The translations under genes were made by a program, and so were the position numbers. The notes beneath the pieces are model-generated. The model had not been told where the DNA came from, ran no database searches, and saw only the letters and a program-made list of their open reading frames with translations. Below, one piece after another: positions 10,100-19,411 of a stretch of 64,000 bases of DNA. Source of the stretch: Acidimicrobiales bacterium (GTDB taxonomy: Bacteria; Actinomycetota; Acidimicrobiia; Acidimicrobiales; CATQHL01); assembly GCA_965237375.1 (NCBI GenBank), contig CBDEFI010000006.1:736610-800609 (forward strand). Direction: 5' to 3'. Every line of letters begins with the position of its first letter. Position 1 is the first letter of the stretch.

Positions 10100-11239
10100 T
10101 CAGGCGATGGCGGCGGCGGCGCGGAGTGCGGCGATCTCCGGGCCGTCGAACCCCCAGTCCGCCAGGCACTCGTCGGTGTCGGCACCGGGGCGGGGCGGCG
10201 GCCGGCGCACCGCCGAGGGGGTACGGTCGAACCGTGGAGCGGGTGCCGGCTGCACGACCCCGTCGACGTCCACGAAGCTGCCCCGCGCCCGGTTGTGGGG
10301 ATGGCCAGGTGCCTCGCCCCAGTCCAGGACGGGCGCCACACAGGCGTCGCTGCCGTCGAAGATCGCACACCACTCGTCGCGACTGCGGGTGGCGAAAACC
10401 TCCGCCAACCGTTCCCGGCCCTGCGCCCAGAGTTCCCGGTCGCCCTGGGGGGGCAGATCCTCCGGCGCCAGCCCGGTCAGGCGCAACAGCTCGGCATAGA
10501 ACTGCGGCTCCAGAGCCCCGACGCTCATGTAGCGGCCGTCGGCGCACTCGTAGACCCCGTAGTAGAAGGCGCCGCCGTCGAAGAGGTTGCTCCCCCGCTG
10601 CTCGCCCCACCAACCGAGGTTGCGCAAGCCGTAGATCGCCGTCGCCAGCAGCGCGGCACCCTCGGTCATGGACGCATCGACAACCTGACCCTGCCCCGAG
10701 CGCCGCGCCTCGAGCATCCCGCACGCCAGTCCGAGCGCCAGCAGCATCCCGCCGCCGCCGAAGTCCCCGACCAGGTTGAGCGGCGGGATCGGCGGCCCGC
10801 CGGCGGACCCGACCCCCGACAGCACGCCCGACAGGGCGATGTAGTTGATGTCGTGGCCGGCTGTGGGCGCCAGCGGCCCGTCCTGGCCCCAACCCGTCAT
10901 CCGCCCGTAGACCAGCCGGGGATTGCGGGCCAGGCAGACCTCGGGTCCGACACCCAACCGTTCGGCGACCCCGGGCCGGAAACCCTCGATGAGACCGTCG
11001 GCCCCCTCGACGAGGCGCAGGACCACCTCCGGGCCGTCGTCGTGCTTGAGGTCCACGGCCAGCGACCGCCGGCTGCGCCGCAGGATGTTGCCGGACGGGC
11101 CGTCGGCCCGCGGCGCGGCGGGAACGGCCCGGTCCACGCACACCACCTCCGCGCCCATGTCGGCCAGCATCATGGCCGCGAACGGGCCGGGACCGATGCC
11201 GGCCAGTTCCACGATCCGTATTCCATCCAGTGGACCCAT
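10100..11239 (-). CDS. CaiB/BaiF CoA-transferase family III, alpha-methylacyl-CoA racemase-like
   Basis: GIGPGPFAAMMLADMGA, EGFRPGVAERLG, GHDINYIA, NLVGDFGGG. Confidence 0.92.
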   Translation of the reverse strand: MGPLDGIRIVELAGIGPGPFAAMMLADMGAEVVCVDRAVPAAPRADGPSGNILRRSRRSLAVDLKHDDGPEVVLRLVEGADGLIEGFRPGVAERLGVGPEVCLARNPRLVYGRMTGWGQDGPLAPTAGHDINYIALSGVLSGVGSAGGPPIPPLNLVGDFGGGGMLLALGLACGMLEARRSGQGQVVDASMTEGAALLATAIYGLRNLGWWGEQRGSNLFDGGAFYYGVYECADGRYMSVGALEPQFYAELLRLTGLAPEDLPPQGDRELWAQGRERLAEVFATRSRDEWCAIFDGSDACVAPVLDWGEAPGHPHNRARGSFVDVDGVVQPAPAPRFDRTPSAVRRPPPRPGADTDECLADWGFDGPEIAALRAAAAIA

Positions 11240-11270
11240 CGGAGACCTCCCGCTCGCCGGTCACCCGGAC

Positions 11271-11942
11271 TCAGAGCCGCCCGAGCATCTCACGCTTCTT
11301 GTCCTCGAACTCAGCTTCGGAGAGGATCCCCAGTTGCACCAGTTCGTACAACTGCAGAATCTGCTCGGGGATGCTGAGGCGATCCGGGGTAGCGCCCGGT
11401 TCCGCCGCGCCGCCGACGGCCTCGTCCGGTGCCGGTGCCGCCCGATAGTCCTCCGGGTACCCGATGTCGCCGGCTCGCTTGAACCGGTACACCTCCGCGC
11501 GCACGTCCTCCGGACGCGGGACGTAGCCGAAGTTGCGCACGTGGCCGTCCAGGGCGGACCGGACGGTCAGCGTGCCCACGCCGAACAGGCGCCCCCAGAC
11601 CGTCTGGCGGGCCACGACGTCCTCGACCAGCTCGAGGCGCAACTCGCTGCCCTGCCACGCCGGAAGCCCCCTCCAGTAGACGATCCGGTGGTTCGTGACC
11701 AGGAGGTACGTGTTCGCCCAGCGCAGCAGGCGGATTCCCAGAGCCGCCGCCACCACGGCCGCCAGCGCCCCGGCCACGAGGATCGCCGGCAGCGGGAAGT
11801 CGTCCACGACCACGACGACGACGATCAGCGCAGCCCCCAGCACGACGAAGACGCCTGCCTGCGCGGCGAGGTACGTCCAGTGAGGGCGGGTCTCGACCGC
11901 GACCTCCTCATCGACGGACAGCAGCCGGGGAGGAAACGGCAC
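11271..11942 (-). CDS. Membrane protein with bacterial PH domain and C-terminal SHOCT domain
   Basis: RPHW, two TM helices, YLLVTNHRIV, GRLFGVGTL, GILSEAEFEDKKREML. Confidence 0.8.
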   Translation of the reverse strand: MPFPPRLLSVDEEVAVETRPHWTYLAAQAGVFVVLGAALIVVVVVVDDFPLPAILVAGALAAVVAAALGIRLLRWANTYLLVTNHRIVYWRGLPAWQGSELRLELVEDVVARQTVWGRLFGVGTLTVRSALDGHVRNFGYVPRPEDVRAEVYRFKRAGDIGYPEDYRAAPAPDEAVGGAAEPGATPDRLSIPEQILQLYELVQLGILSEAEFEDKKREMLGRL

Positions 11943-12006
11943 GCCGCAATCGTACCCAGCGCGTCGGTGCGGGCACCGAGCCCCAAAGCCTGCGGGTGCG
12001 GGCGCC

Positions 12007-12351
12007 TCAGTCCCAGCCCAGCTCGGCCAGGCGCTCGTCGGAGATGCCGAAGTGGTGGGCGATCTCGTGCACGACGGTCACACCGATCTGCTCGACGACC
12101 TCGGATTCGTCCTCGGAGAGCGCGCAGATCGGGAGTCGGTAGATGAAGATGCGGTCGGGCATGATCATCCCGCCGTAGTTCTCGCGCTCGGTGAGCGGGA
12201 TGCCGTCGTAGAGGCCCAGCAGGTCGGGGTCCTCGGCGTCCTCGTCAACCACGAAGACGGCCAGGTTGTCGATAAGCGCACCCAGGTCGTCGGGAATCAG
12301 ATCCAACGCTTCGACCACGAGCGCCTCGAAGCGCTCCGGGGACAGTTCCAC
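12007..12351 (-). CDS. Zincin-like metallopeptidase family protein
   Basis: LLGLYDG, PDRIFIYR, VVHEIAHHFG (HExxH). Confidence 0.88.
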   Translation of the reverse strand: MELSPERFEALVVEALDLIPDDLGALIDNLAVFVVDEDAEDPDLLGLYDGIPLTERENYGGMIMPDRIFIYRLPICALSEDESEVVEQIGVTVVHEIAHHFGISDERLAELGWD

Positions 12352-12384
12352 GCGGCCACGCTAACCCCGACAACGGTAGCCGTC

Positions 12385-12440
12385 CCGGTGACCTCCTCGA
12401 TGCGGACGTCGCCGCGGCCGTAGTGGACGGCGGCCCTCAC
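12385..12440 (-). pseudogene. N-terminal stub of a Zn-dependent dehydrogenase
   Basis: GTG overlaps the M24 gene stop; VRAAVHYGRGDVRIEEV resembles the start of the ADH at 14445, then similarity ends. Confidence 0.6.
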
Positions 12441-13792
12441 CCGCCCGTCCCCGCAGCCGTGTTGAGGTGCGACTGCGTCTCCCGCAGCGTGGGCAAGGAG
12501 CCGTCCATGGTCCAGTAACGGGTACCGCAGACCAGCAGATCCTCCGCGGGGAAACGGGTGATGACCTCGCAGCCGTCGGCCGTGACCACCACCTCCTCCT
12601 CGATGCGTGCCGCCGACCAGCCGTCGGCCGCCGGCCAGTACGTCTCCAGCGCGAACACCATCCCCTCCTCGAGGGTCTCGGGATGATCGAAGGAGACGAG
12701 GCGGCTGAAGATGGGCCGCTCCCAGATGGCCAGTCCGACCCCGTGGCCGTACTGCAGGGCGAAGGCCGCCATCTCGTTCTCGAAGCCGAACGCGGTGGCC
12801 TCGGGCCATACGGCACAGATGTCGGCGGTCGTGGTCCCCGGACGGACGAGGGCGATGGCCCTGTCGATGTACTCCCGGCAGATCTTGTAGGCGTCTCGCA
12901 TCGCGGGCGAGGCGCTCCCCACCGCGAACGTGCGGTAGTAGCAGGTCCGGTAGCCGTTGTAGCTGTGCAGAATGTCGAAGAAGGCGGGATCGCCGGGACG
13001 GATGATCCGGTCGCTGTAGACGTGGGGGTGGGGGGAGCAGCGCTCACCGGAGATGGCGTTCACGCCCTCCACGAACTCCGATCCCAGATCCAGCAACACC
13101 TTGTTGACCACGCCGACGCACTCGTTCTCGCGCACACCGGGGCGCAGGAACCGGTAGAGATGCTCGTAGGCACCGTCCACCATGGAGCAGGCGTGGGTGA
13201 GCAGGCTGATCTCGTCGCGGGTCTTGACCCGTCTGGCCTCGAGGAACACCTGCTGGCCGTCCACCACAGTGATACCGCGGGCGGCCAGTGCCGCCAGGAC
13301 GGGCATCTCGGCGATGTCGATGCCCAGCGGCTCGTTCTGCAAGCCGTGGGTGGCGAGCACGTCGTACACCTTGGCGGCAAGGTCGTCGGCCATGCCCGCC
13401 GCGGGTGGAAGCGCCCCGCGCAGGGTGGACAAACCCGGACGGGAACCGTGGGTCTGATGGCACGTGTCGTCAGGTCCCCCGGCGTGGGTTCCGGAGTAGT
13501 CCAGCCACGGGTTGAAGAGGACGTGGTGTTTCGCCGCCGAACCGAAATCCCAGACGATCGGCTCGGAGTCCCGCGGCAGGAGGGAGAACCGCACGTACTT
13601 GTCGATCCCCCTGGTCCCGACGTGCGTGGACGTCATGTAGCGGATGTTGGCGTAGTCGAAAGCCAGCACCGCGCCGAGTTCGGACGCATCGAGGGCCGCC
13701 TTGAGTCGGCTCAGCCGCTCGGACCGCAGGCGATCCATGTCGACGCGCTGCTCCCAGTCCACCATGTTCGGGCCGAAGGTCGGAATTGCCAT
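12437..13792 (-). CDS. M24 family (Xaa-Pro peptidase/creatinase-like) hydrolase
   Basis: ARRVKTRDEI, FFDILHSYNGYRTCYYRTF, YGHGVGL, FALET, ARIEE; AAGGAG RBS. Confidence 0.88.
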   Translation of the reverse strand: MAIPTFGPNMVDWEQRVDMDRLRSERLSRLKAALDASELGAVLAFDYANIRYMTSTHVGTRGIDKYVRFSLLPRDSEPIVWDFGSAAKHHVLFNPWLDYSGTHAGGPDDTCHQTHGSRPGLSTLRGALPPAAGMADDLAAKVYDVLATHGLQNEPLGIDIAEMPVLAALAARGITVVDGQQVFLEARRVKTRDEISLLTHACSMVDGAYEHLYRFLRPGVRENECVGVVNKVLLDLGSEFVEGVNAISGERCSPHPHVYSDRIIRPGDPAFFDILHSYNGYRTCYYRTFAVGSASPAMRDAYKICREYIDRAIALVRPGTTTADICAVWPEATAFGFENEMAAFALQYGHGVGLAIWERPIFSRLVSFDHPETLEEGMVFALETYWPAADGWSAARIEEEVVVTADGCEVITRFPAEDLLVCGTRYWTMDGSLPTLRETQSHLNTAAGTGG

Positions 13793-13852
13793 GTCTGCTC
13801 CTTGGTTTTCTTCGTCGTGATCGTGTTCGTCAAGCCCGTCGTTCTCGGCGAC

Positions 13853-14133
13853 TCAGCCGAGTCTCGCCTCGATCGCGACGGGCGACGGGCGGGTGCGTAG
13901 GTACTCAGCCGTGGCCTTCTGACGCTCGTCGGCCAGGTCGTACGCCACTTCGATGAGTTCCATTGCCAAGCCGTCCGGGTCGCTGAAGTAGCACCACCGC
14001 CACTCGGCCAGGGTGCCCTCGTCCACGACGTTGACGTCGGAGTAGAACTCCACGCCCTTGCTCTCCAACTCGACCTTGGCGGCGAATACGTCGTCCACGA
14101 CGAAGCAGACGTGGTCCGCATGGTTTCCTTCTG
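13853..14133 (-). pseudogene. C-terminal half of a VOC/glyoxalase family gene
   Basis: DHVCFVVDDV...CYFSDPDGLAMELIE; N-terminal half absent, joined to an ADH fragment. Confidence 0.7.
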
Positions 14134-14303
14134 GTGACGGGGAAGCTCACCGGCATGATGTCGTTGTCGGCGAGCAGGTCGAAGTCGGAGTGGCAGACGC
14201 TGAGTTGCCGCAGGGCCACGAGGATCTCGTTGGGGCCGATGTCAGGGACGTCAACGTCGCCGACCTCCGCGACACCTGCCTGCGCAAACGCGAGGGCCTT
14301 CAC
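14133..14303 (-). pseudogene. N-terminal fragment of a Zn-dependent alcohol dehydrogenase
   Basis: VKALAF...VPDIGPNEILV...VCHSDFDLL...FPVT, truncated just before the GHE motif. Confidence 0.72.
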
Positions 14304-14373
14304 GCCGGAACCACCCGCTGCTCGCGATTCCCCATCGGCAACCTCCAGTTGACGGTCCGTGCGACTACTGTAA

Positions 14374-14383
14374 CAATCGATTG
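14374..14383. promoter_or_regulatory. Candidate LacI-family operator
   Basis: Perfect palindrome CAATCGATTG with central CG between divergent transcription units; LacI gene 1.6 kb away. Confidence 0.55.
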
Positions 14384-14444
14384 CAGGCCGGCAATCACGT
14401 TCGAACAACCAGAGAGCGATCGGACCGACCCGACGGGGAGCGCA

Positions 14445-14985
14445 ATGAAGGCAGCCGTCTACCACGGGCGTCGAGACGTGCGGATCGAGGACGTGCCGCG
14501 GCCCGAACCCGGACACGGCGAACTCCTCGTCCAGGTCACCGGCGCCGGGTGCCGCCGAAACCGTTCGCACGAGCCGCCACACCCCCCTCGCCGAGCACCT
14601 CGCCGAGTTGCGACCCACGGTCGTCTACGAGTGCACGGGCGCCCCGGCGGCCCCGCAGGCTGCGGTGGACCTGGTGCGCAGAGGCGGCCGGGTGGTCGTC
14701 GTCGGCCTGCAGAAGGCTCCGGTACCGGTGGACCTCCTCTCGGTCTCTCTGCAGGAGAAGGTACTGATCGGCACTCTGGCCCACGTGTTCGGAGCCGACT
14801 TCGGGCATGCCGTCGAGCTGCTGGAATCGGCGACGGACGTGTGGTCACGGGTGGCACCGGTCGTGCTGCCTCTGGACGAACTCGTGGAGGTCGGCCTGCG
14901 GCCCATGGTCGAGGGCGGCCCGGCGCCGATCAAGACACTCCTGGACCCCCGCATCGATGCCGCCCGGCCGATGCGGGTGGCGTGA
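14445..14985 (+). pseudogene. Internally deleted, frameshifted Zn-dependent dehydrogenase
   Basis: MKAAVYHGRRDVRIEDVP...VTGAG joined near 14550 to the C-terminal part VVYECTG...GGRVVVVG...IKTLLDP in another frame; catalytic core missing. Confidence 0.8.
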
Positions 14986-15025
14986 AGCCCGCACGGCCCG
15001 CCCGCGCAAACGAACGGAGACGCCA

Positions 15026-15925
15026 GTGACCTCTGAGGACGCCACCACCGGTCCGGCCGTCGGATTCTCGGGCCTCGGCCGCATGGGTCGGCCCATGGCC
15101 CGGCACCTGGTTGCGGCCGGCTTCGACCTGGTGGTCCACAACCGCACGGCCGCCCGCGCCGAGGCGTTCGCCGCCGACACCGGCGCCCGCACGGCTACCA
15201 CGCCACGGGAACTGGGACGGGCCTGCCCGATCGTGGTCACTATGGTGGCCGACGGGCCCGCGCTGCTGGACCTGATCGACGGTCCCGACGGCCTCGCTAC
15301 CGGTCTGGGCGCCGGCGGCGTCGTGGTGGACATGGGCACGACGGGTATGGAGCACACGCACCTGGCCCGAGCGCACCTCGCCGACGTCGGCGTACAACTC
15401 GTGGAGGCCCCGGTCTCGGGCAGCATCGCCGCGGCGGAGGGCAGGACGCTCCTCATCATGGCCGCCGGCGAATCCGCTGCCGTGGACGTGGCGCTGCCGG
15501 TGCTCGAGGCGCTCTCGCCCAAGGTGACGCGGGTGGGCGGACCGGGCGCCGGCGCGGCCATGAAGCTGGCCGTCAACTCCGTGCTGTACGCCATCAACGG
15601 GGCCATCTCGGAGTCCCTCGTGCTGGCCGAACGGGTGGGTATCGACCGCTCCACGGCCTACGACGTGTTCGCCGCCTCGTCGGTGGCGGCGCCGGTGGTC
15701 CACTACCGGCGGGCGGTGTTCGAGCACCCCGAGGACACCCCTGTCAGCTTCGCCATGAAGCTGGCCGTCAAGGACCTGGACCTGGCTCTGGCGCTGGCCG
15801 CCGATGTCGGCGCGCCGATGCCGCAGGCCGAGACGAACCGGGCCGTGGCCGCCGACGCCGTGGCCGCGGGCCTCGGTGAGGCCGATCTCGGACAGGTGGC
15901 CGTCCACCTGCGGGGAAGCCCCTGA
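15026..15925 (+). CDS. NAD(P)-dependent oxidoreductase, 3-hydroxyisobutyrate dehydrogenase family
   Basis: GLGRMGRPMA, EAPVSGS, GAAMKLAVN, KDLDLAL. Confidence 0.9.
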   Translation: MTSEDATTGPAVGFSGLGRMGRPMARHLVAAGFDLVVHNRTAARAEAFAADTGARTATTPRELGRACPIVVTMVADGPALLDLIDGPDGLATGLGAGGVVVDMGTTGMEHTHLARAHLADVGVQLVEAPVSGSIAAAEGRTLLIMAAGESAAVDVALPVLEALSPKVTRVGGPGAGAAMKLAVNSVLYAINGAISESLVLAERVGIDRSTAYDVFAASSVAAPVVHYRRAVFEHPEDTPVSFAMKLAVKDLDLALALAADVGAPMPQAETNRAVAADAVAAGLGEADLGQVAVHLRGSP

Positions 15926-15971
15926 GCGCCCCGTGCCGTAGAGGGAAGGATTCCCTATCGCTGACGTAACA

Positions 15972-17000
15972 ATGAAGGACATCGCCATTGCCGCCGGGGT
16001 GAACGCCTCGACGGTGTCCCGTGCCCTTGACGTGTCCAAACGGCACCTCGTGCGCAGCGAAACCGTCGAGCGGGTCGAGGCGGCGGCCAAACGGCTCGGC
16101 TATCGGGGGGACCGGGTCGCCGGCGCGCTACGACGGGGCACGACGGGCACGGTGGGCGTCATCGTGGCCGATCTGGCCAACCCGTTCATCGCCCCCATCA
16201 TCCACGGCATCGCCCAAGCCATCATCCTGCACCAGTTGCTGCCCATAGTCGTCGAGACCGACGACAACAACGAACGCCTCGAGGCCTCTTTGACCCACGT
16301 GCTCAGCCGGCGGGTGGACGCCGTGATCATTGCCGGCTCCCGCTTCGCGAACCGTACCGCCGTGGAGGACGCGGCTCGCTACGCGCCCGTGGTCGTGACC
16401 GCCCGCGGCCTTCCCGGCAGCCCGTTGCCGCAGGTGCTGCACGACGACCGGGCCGGGGGGGCACTCGTGGCACGGCATCTCATCGAGTTGGGGCACACCC
16501 GCCTGGTCGAGCTGCGTGGTCCTGACGACGTGGGCAACTTCGTGTCGCGCCACGACGGATTCCACCGGGAGTGCAGCGACGCCGGCGTCGAGACCGTCGA
16601 GTTGCCCATCCAGGGCTCCCGGCCCACCCGCGCCGACGGTGAACGCCTGGCCAACCTGCTGCTGGACCTGCATGGCGACGATCTGCCCACGGCCGTGTTC
16701 GCCCACAACGACCTGATGGCTCTCGGCGCACTCAGCGCCTTCCGCGAGCGGGGACTGTCGTGCCCCGGCGACATCTCACTGGTCGGCTACAACAACTCGC
16801 CTGCCATGGACCACATCGCGCCGCCTCTCACCACCTGCGAGTATCCCGGCATCGAGGTCGGGTACGCGGCCGGGGAGTTGGCGCTGGAACTCATGGCCGA
16901 CCCTGACAGTAGGAGTCCCGGACGGCTGTTCCCGCCCCGGCTGTGCGTGCGCTCCTCTACGGCGCCGCCGCGGACTGCGGTCCGCCCGTCGGGGAGGTGA
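15972..17000 (+). CDS. LacI family transcriptional regulator
   Basis: [22 protein letters not shown]; [28 protein letters not shown]. Confidence 0.93.
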   Translation: MKDIAIAAGVNASTVSRALDVSKRHLVRSETVERVEAAAKRLGYRGDRVAGALRRGTTGTVGVIVADLANPFIAPIIHGIAQAIILHQLLPIVVETDDNNERLEASLTHVLSRRVDAVIIAGSRFANRTAVEDAARYAPVVVTARGLPGSPLPQVLHDDRAGGALVARHLIELGHTRLVELRGPDDVGNFVSRHDGFHRECSDAGVETVELPIQGSRPTRADGERLANLLLDLHGDDLPTAVFAHNDLMALGALSAFRERGLSCPGDISLVGYNNSPAMDHIAPPLTTCEYPGIEVGYAAGELALELMADPDSRSPGRLFPPRLCVRSSTAPPRTAVRPSGR

Positions 17001-17443
17001 GCCGGCGCTGCACCAGCGCGGCAACGTGCTCGCCGATGGCCGCCGAGGCCGTCGCCGCCGGGTGAAGTGCACGCCGAGGAACGGGAAGGCGGGGTCGGGG
17101 ACCGGGTAGATGAGCGAACGCACCAGAGCGGCGGAGGTTGTGCTGAGCCTGTAGTACTCGCCGCGGAAGGGGATGATGCGCAGCGACGGGCGGGCGCCGG
17201 CCATCCGGGCGACACGGTCGGTGTGCAGACCGGCGCAGGGCGCGCAGGCCGTTTGCCTCGCCGCGCCGATGGAGTTCGTCGAGCCGCGGGATCTGCGCCT
17301 GTGTCGTCGCCACCACGACCTTGCCGCCGCGGCGGATCGGCAGCCCGGCGTCGGTGCAGAAATCGGCCATGACGCGGCGCCCCTCCACGCAGAGCCGTGC
17401 CTTGAGCGAACCGGGTGTGTAGTAAAGGCCGGTGTGCAGGACG
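16957..17443 (-). pseudogene. lhgO: L-2-hydroxyglutarate oxidase (LhgO-like) remnant in three abutting segments
   Basis: [20 protein letters not shown] / [10 protein letters not shown]...PFRGEYY...[18 protein letters not shown] / [10 protein letters not shown]; no start, large internal blocks missing. Confidence 0.8.
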
Positions 17444-17474
17444 GTGTCGCAGGGGTTCGGTAGCCTCCCGAATC

Positions 17475-19256
17475 ATGGAGGACAGCCCCGGTCTTGGCTT
17501 CGCGGATCCCGTCGACACCGGGTCGGCCGGTGAGGCGGCGCATCTGCTGGAGGACCTCGACGAGGCCCAGCGCCTCGCTGTCACATCGCCGGCGGCGCCG
17601 CTGTGCATCCGGGCCGGGCCCGGCAGCGGCAAGACCCGCGTGCTTACCCGGCGCATCGCCTACCGGATCGCCACCGCCGACTGCGAGGCCCGGTTCACCG
17701 TGGCGGTTACGTTCACGCGGCGCGCCGCCGCCGAACTGCGCCAACGCCTGGGGGACTTGGGGATCCATGGCCGCGTGGCGGTCGGCACGTTTCACGGGTT
17801 GGCGGCACGGCAGCTCCGCCGCCACGCCGACGACGACGGCCGGCCGGCACCGGAGGTTCTGTCCAACCGCTCCGGCGTGCTCGCCAAGCTGCTGCGGCCC
17901 GGCGAATCGACCCAGGCAGTGCAGACGGAGTTGGACTGGTGCGGGGCCCGCGGCCTCAGCCCGGCCGATTACCCGGCTGCCGTGGCCACCGCCGGGCGAC
18001 GGACATCGCTGCCGCCTGGCCGCCTGGCCGACGTCATGGTCCGCTACGCACATGCGAAGCGCCGCCTGTGCCTGGCGGACTTCGATGATCTGCTGCGGCT
18101 GGCGGCCGAGCGGCTCGAGAACGACGCTGCCACCGCCGAGGCCTGGCGCTGGGGGCACCGGCACTTCTTCGTCGACGAGTTACAGGACCTCACGCAGGCG
18201 CAGTTCCGGTTGCTGCGGGCCTGGCTGGGCGATCGGTCCGATCTGTGCGCCGTCGGCGACACCGATCAGGCCATCTTCGGGTGGAACGGTGCGGATCGGC
18301 GGCTGCTCGGTGACTTCGCTGCGCTCTTCGACGGCGCCGACATGATCGACCTGCGCGCCAACTACCGCTGCAGCCCGCAGATCGTCGCCCTGGCAGGGGT
18401 ATTGATCGACAGTGGGGCTCCTGCGGCGGCGGGCGGCGGTGCGGCGCACGAGGCCGATCCCGGCCCGTTCGCCGATCCCGCACCGCTGGTGGTCGAGTAC
18501 GCCAGCGCCGCCGCCGAGGCCGCCGGCGTGGCCGGGGCCGTGCGCAGCGGCCGGGATCCCGGCGCCGGATGGTCGCATCAGGCGGTTCTGGTGCGTACGC
18601 GGCGCCAGGTCACCGAGATGGTCGAGGCGCTGGGCGCCGCCGGCGTGCCGGCCCGTGCCGCCGACCCCGACGCCGAGGCGGGCCCCGACGACGCTGTTGC
18701 CGTCTCCACGATGCACGCCGCCAAGGGGTTGGAGTGGTCGGTGGTGCACGTGGCCGGCCTGGAGGAGGGTCTCGTCCCCATCGCCGGCGCCGGCCGCGGC
18801 GAGGCTCTCGAGGAGGAGCGCCGCCTGCTGTACGTGGCGCTGACCCGCGCCCGCCGCCGGCTGCACCTCAGCTGGGCCGCCGAGCGTCAGGTTGCCGGGC
18901 AGTCGTCGCGACGGCGGCCTTCGCGCTGGCTGGCCGGACTGGGCGAGGCCGCCGGCCCCGAAGCCACGGCCCGCCGCCACCCCGGGGCGCGCCCGGCGGG
19001 CCGGCGCCCGCCCGACCTGAACCCGCCCGGCGACGCCCTCGTGGTGGCTCTGACGGCGTGGCGCTCGCAGACGGCCCGGGTGGGGCGGGTGGCGCCGGCA
19101 GCGGTCCTCAGCGACGGCGACCTGGCTGCGGTGGCACAGAACCGGCCCGTCACGGTTGCCGAGTTGGGCGTGGTCACCGGGCTCGGCCCGTCGCGATTAC
19201 GCCGCTGGGGACAGCAACTGCTCGACCTGGTGGCCGAACACTCCCCCACGGCCTAG
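17475..19256 (+). CDS. uvrD2: UvrD2-like SF1 helicase with C-terminal HRDC domain
   Basis: [60 protein letters not shown]; HRDC-like tail. Confidence 0.85.
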   Translation: MEDSPGLGFADPVDTGSAGEAAHLLEDLDEAQRLAVTSPAAPLCIRAGPGSGKTRVLTRRIAYRIATADCEARFTVAVTFTRRAAAELRQRLGDLGIHGRVAVGTFHGLAARQLRRHADDDGRPAPEVLSNRSGVLAKLLRPGESTQAVQTELDWCGARGLSPADYPAAVATAGRRTSLPPGRLADVMVRYAHAKRRLCLADFDDLLRLAAERLENDAATAEAWRWGHRHFFVDELQDLTQAQFRLLRAWLGDRSDLCAVGDTDQAIFGWNGADRRLLGDFAALFDGADMIDLRANYRCSPQIVALAGVLIDSGAPAAAGGGAAHEADPGPFADPAPLVVEYASAAAEAAGVAGAVRSGRDPGAGWSHQAVLVRTRRQVTEMVEALGAAGVPARAADPDAEAGPDDAVAVSTMHAAKGLEWSVVHVAGLEEGLVPIAGAGRGEALEEERRLLYVALTRARRRLHLSWAAERQVAGQSSRRRPSRWLAGLGEAAGPEATARRHPGARPAGRRPPDLNPPGDALVVALTAWRSQTARVGRVAPAAVLSDGDLAAVAQNRPVTVAELGVVTGLGPSRLRRWGQQLLDLVAEHSPTA

Positions 19257-19313
19257 CCGCGGGCGGATCGACCGCCGCGAGAGTGCTGGGCGATTCGACG
19301 GCCCACCGCTCTC

Positions 19314-19403
19314 GTCGTTCCGGCGAAAAGCCTGCCCCGGACTTGATCCGGGGCCGGAATCCACTGCCCAGCGGTCCGGGCTGCGCTACGGGTGGACCAC
19401 TAG
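19314..19403 (+). repeat. Dispersed palindromic REP/MITE-like element, copy 1 (with nested hairpin)
   Basis: GTCGTTCCGGCG...CCCCGGACTTGATCCGGGG...CCGGAATCCACTGCC; homologous to elements at ~40040 and ~58260. Confidence 0.8.
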
Positions 19404-19411
19404 AAGGGCGG

